DNA from: Candidatus Pacearchaeota archaeon
GTDB lineage: Archaea > Nanobdellota > Nanobdellia > Pacearchaeales > GW2011-AR1
DNA length: 49,233 nucleotides
Assembly (NCBI GenBank): GCA_018304165.1
Contig: JAGVWS010000011.1
Location: 1-49,233, forward strand
Reading direction: 5' to 3'
Under the pieces are notes generated by a model. The model saw nothing but the letters and a program-made list of their open reading frames with translations, was not told the origin of the DNA and did no database searches. A program made the translations under genes and the position numbers. Below, one piece after another: positions 47,617-49,233 of the stretch. The stretch's first letter is position 1, and every line of letters starts with the position of its first letter.

Positions 47617-49233
47617 TTATTTCTCTTCAGCCTTATCCTTTAACGGCTCAATCCTTTTAGGTATCTTCCGCCAGCCGAGCCTTAAACCTTTCTCGTAATT
47701 TTCATCTGGATGATTATTTATCTCCCATTTGTAATTTGGAGGGTCATTCTTATGGTCTGGATTCTCCCTATAAATAATGTCCTTACTTCGTATTGGAATA
47801 CCAGTATAATTAATCAAGTCACCATTAGAATTGTAGAGGCCAACGGCTAACGTCCTGTTCGTTATCTTATTGGCTGCTGGAATGTCAAAATTCCCTACGT
47901 CATGAACATTAACCGCTGATCTGAAAGAATTATACTCTGGAATTACCCTTGAGTCATCTTCTGGAAATACGACTATGCTTCTGAGATCATGAGAAACCCT
48001 TCCCATCTCGTCATCAACCCTTCTGAAATTCAATTTTTCAGCCCCAAACCACCCGATAGTTGCTCTTCCAAGCTTTAATTGCTCTGAAGTATTATCCTTA
48101 TCAGGAATCTTGCCAACTACTACTGGAACTAATAGCCTGGCAATGACTGTATTTGGATTGTCATAAACAATGTCCTTTCTTCTATCTTCTTCTCTGACAT
48201 CATGATTGTCTGGGGCATAGACTTCAATCGCTATATTCCTTACATTGCCAAATTCTTCTCTTGGAGGCAATTCAATTGTCGGCCAGCAAAATCCAATCAT
48301 TGAGGTTTGAGCTCCATATTCACTAGACCTGTTATAACCTGAAGGGTAGATGCTGAAGTCCTTGCCTTCAAATCCCTCAAAATAAATCCTTCCCTTCAAA
48401 GTGCCAATAGAGCTGGAATTAATGCTATCTCTTTTCTTTCTGGGAATTTCTCTGGCATTAATAGTAGCAAATAATCCTCTAGGGCTTCTGCTCCTGTATT
48501 CTTCTTCAGGAATTAGAATAAAATCACCAGCGTCATGATATTCTGAAACATAGGGCTTTTCATTAGCAGAACTTTCACCAACAAACATGACATTGGCTCC
48601 TAACTCTAATAAATTATTACCAATGGCTATGTTCTTGCTGTCCCAATCAGAGGTAACAACAACTGAAGTTTCTGAAGCTCTTGCTTCCAAACTTTTCTCC
48701 TTATTGTTAGCCATGATTCCAGCTCCTACTGCGAGTATCCCTCCAATAACCGTCATGCCTACCATTGGATGCCAATAATTCCAGTAAGAGCGATCCGCCT
48801 TAGCTTTATCATTAAAGTCTCTGGACAAATCCTTAACAGTCCTATATCTTTCATCAAGGTCGGGACTCAAACAATTTCTAATTATTTTGCGCCATTTTCT
48901 TGGAACTTTTTTTATGGCTTTCTTCAAATCATTAATATCAGGTATTTCTCCAGTAAGAGCATAATACATATCAGCACCAAGAAAGTGAATTTCTGACTGC
49001 TCATCATGAATACCTGAAGATGAACGAGGATCAGAAATAGACTTGTTCAAATAAGTTGTAACTACTTCACATCTTGAATTATCACCAATCCTCTTAGCCA
49101 GAGCAAGGTCAGTAAGCCTTCCTTTTCCCTCAGAAGTCACGAGAATATTCCTGGGAGTAGGATCACGATGATAAATACCATTCTCAACTAAGTAACGCTC
49201 GCCCTCAATAACATCAGTAAAAACACCAATGAA
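47617..49233 (-). CDS. Membrane-anchored Ser/Thr protein kinase, 5'-truncated by the window edge
   Basis: Frame upstream of the tracked start reads GIYHRDPTPRNILV...LTDLAL; LTG..P, CL.PD..ERY; one TM and a large beta-rich C-terminal domain. Confidence 0.85.
   Translation of the reverse strand, partial: FIGVFTDVIEGERYLVENGIYHRDPTPRNILVTSEGKGRLTDLALAKRIGDNSRCEVVTTYLNKSISDPRSSSGIHDEQSEIHFLGADMYYALTGEIPDINDLKKAIKKVPRKWRKIIRNCLSPDLDERYRTVKDLSRDFNDKAKADRSYWNYWHPMVGMTVIGGILAVGAGIMANNKEKSLEARASETSVVVTSDWDSKNIAIGNNLLELGANVMFVGESSANEKPYVSEYHDAGDFILIPEEEYRSRSPRGLFATINAREIPRKKRDSINSSSIGTLKGRIYFEGFEGKDFSIYPSGYNRSSEYGAQTSMIGFCWPTIELPPREEFGNVRNIAIEVYAPDNHDVREEDRRKDIVYDNPNTVIARLLVPVVVGKIPDKDNTSEQLKLGRATIGWFGAEKLNFRRVDDEMGRVSHDLRSIVVFPEDDSRVIPEYNSFRSAVNVHDVGNFDIPAANKITNRTLAVGLYNSNGDLINYTGIPIRSKDIIYRENPDHKNDPPNYKWEINNHPDENYEKGLRLGWRKIPKRIEPLKDKAEEK

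Noticed and set aside
23520-49233. Provirus or plasmid
   Set aside because: No integrase, capsid, terminase, primase or replication gene recognised

Overview
This is an archaeal chromosome segment, most consistent with a DPANN lineage (Pacearchaeota/Woesearchaeota-like). Evidence: archaeal r-proteins L7Ae/S28e/L24e/S10, Kae1, tRNA-Ser(GGA) without encoded CCA, BRE+TATA promoters about 22 nt before start codons, and a bacterial-type gyrase. The left part (1-22.5 kb) is mostly housekeeping (gyrBA, r-proteins, kae1, guaB, MFS transporter, ArmA/Rmt-like rRNA methyltransferase) with small inserted modules (AAA ATPase, HNH plus DNA MTase). The right part (22.5-49.2 kb) is accessory. It holds two copies of one architecture: [variable, ATGA-coupled orphan operon] <- -> [AbrB-PhoU regulator][wHTH-MNT][HEPN] -> <- [membrane-anchored Ser/Thr kinase]. 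The first operon carries a nuclease-less MORC/GHKL ATPase; the second starts with a porin-like beta-barrel protein. Direct reading also shows: (i) several cargo modules flanked by duplicated, synonymously diverged ends of host genes, with no integrase in the window; (ii) at least three families of tiny hairpin insertion elements, with filled/empty sites and interrupted genes (guaB 3' end, PemK toxin, a response regulator); (iii) a kae1 gene whose only promoter-proximal ATG is out of frame; (iv) four small genes missed by the ORF track. Protein family calls come from recognised motifs only; no database searches were run.
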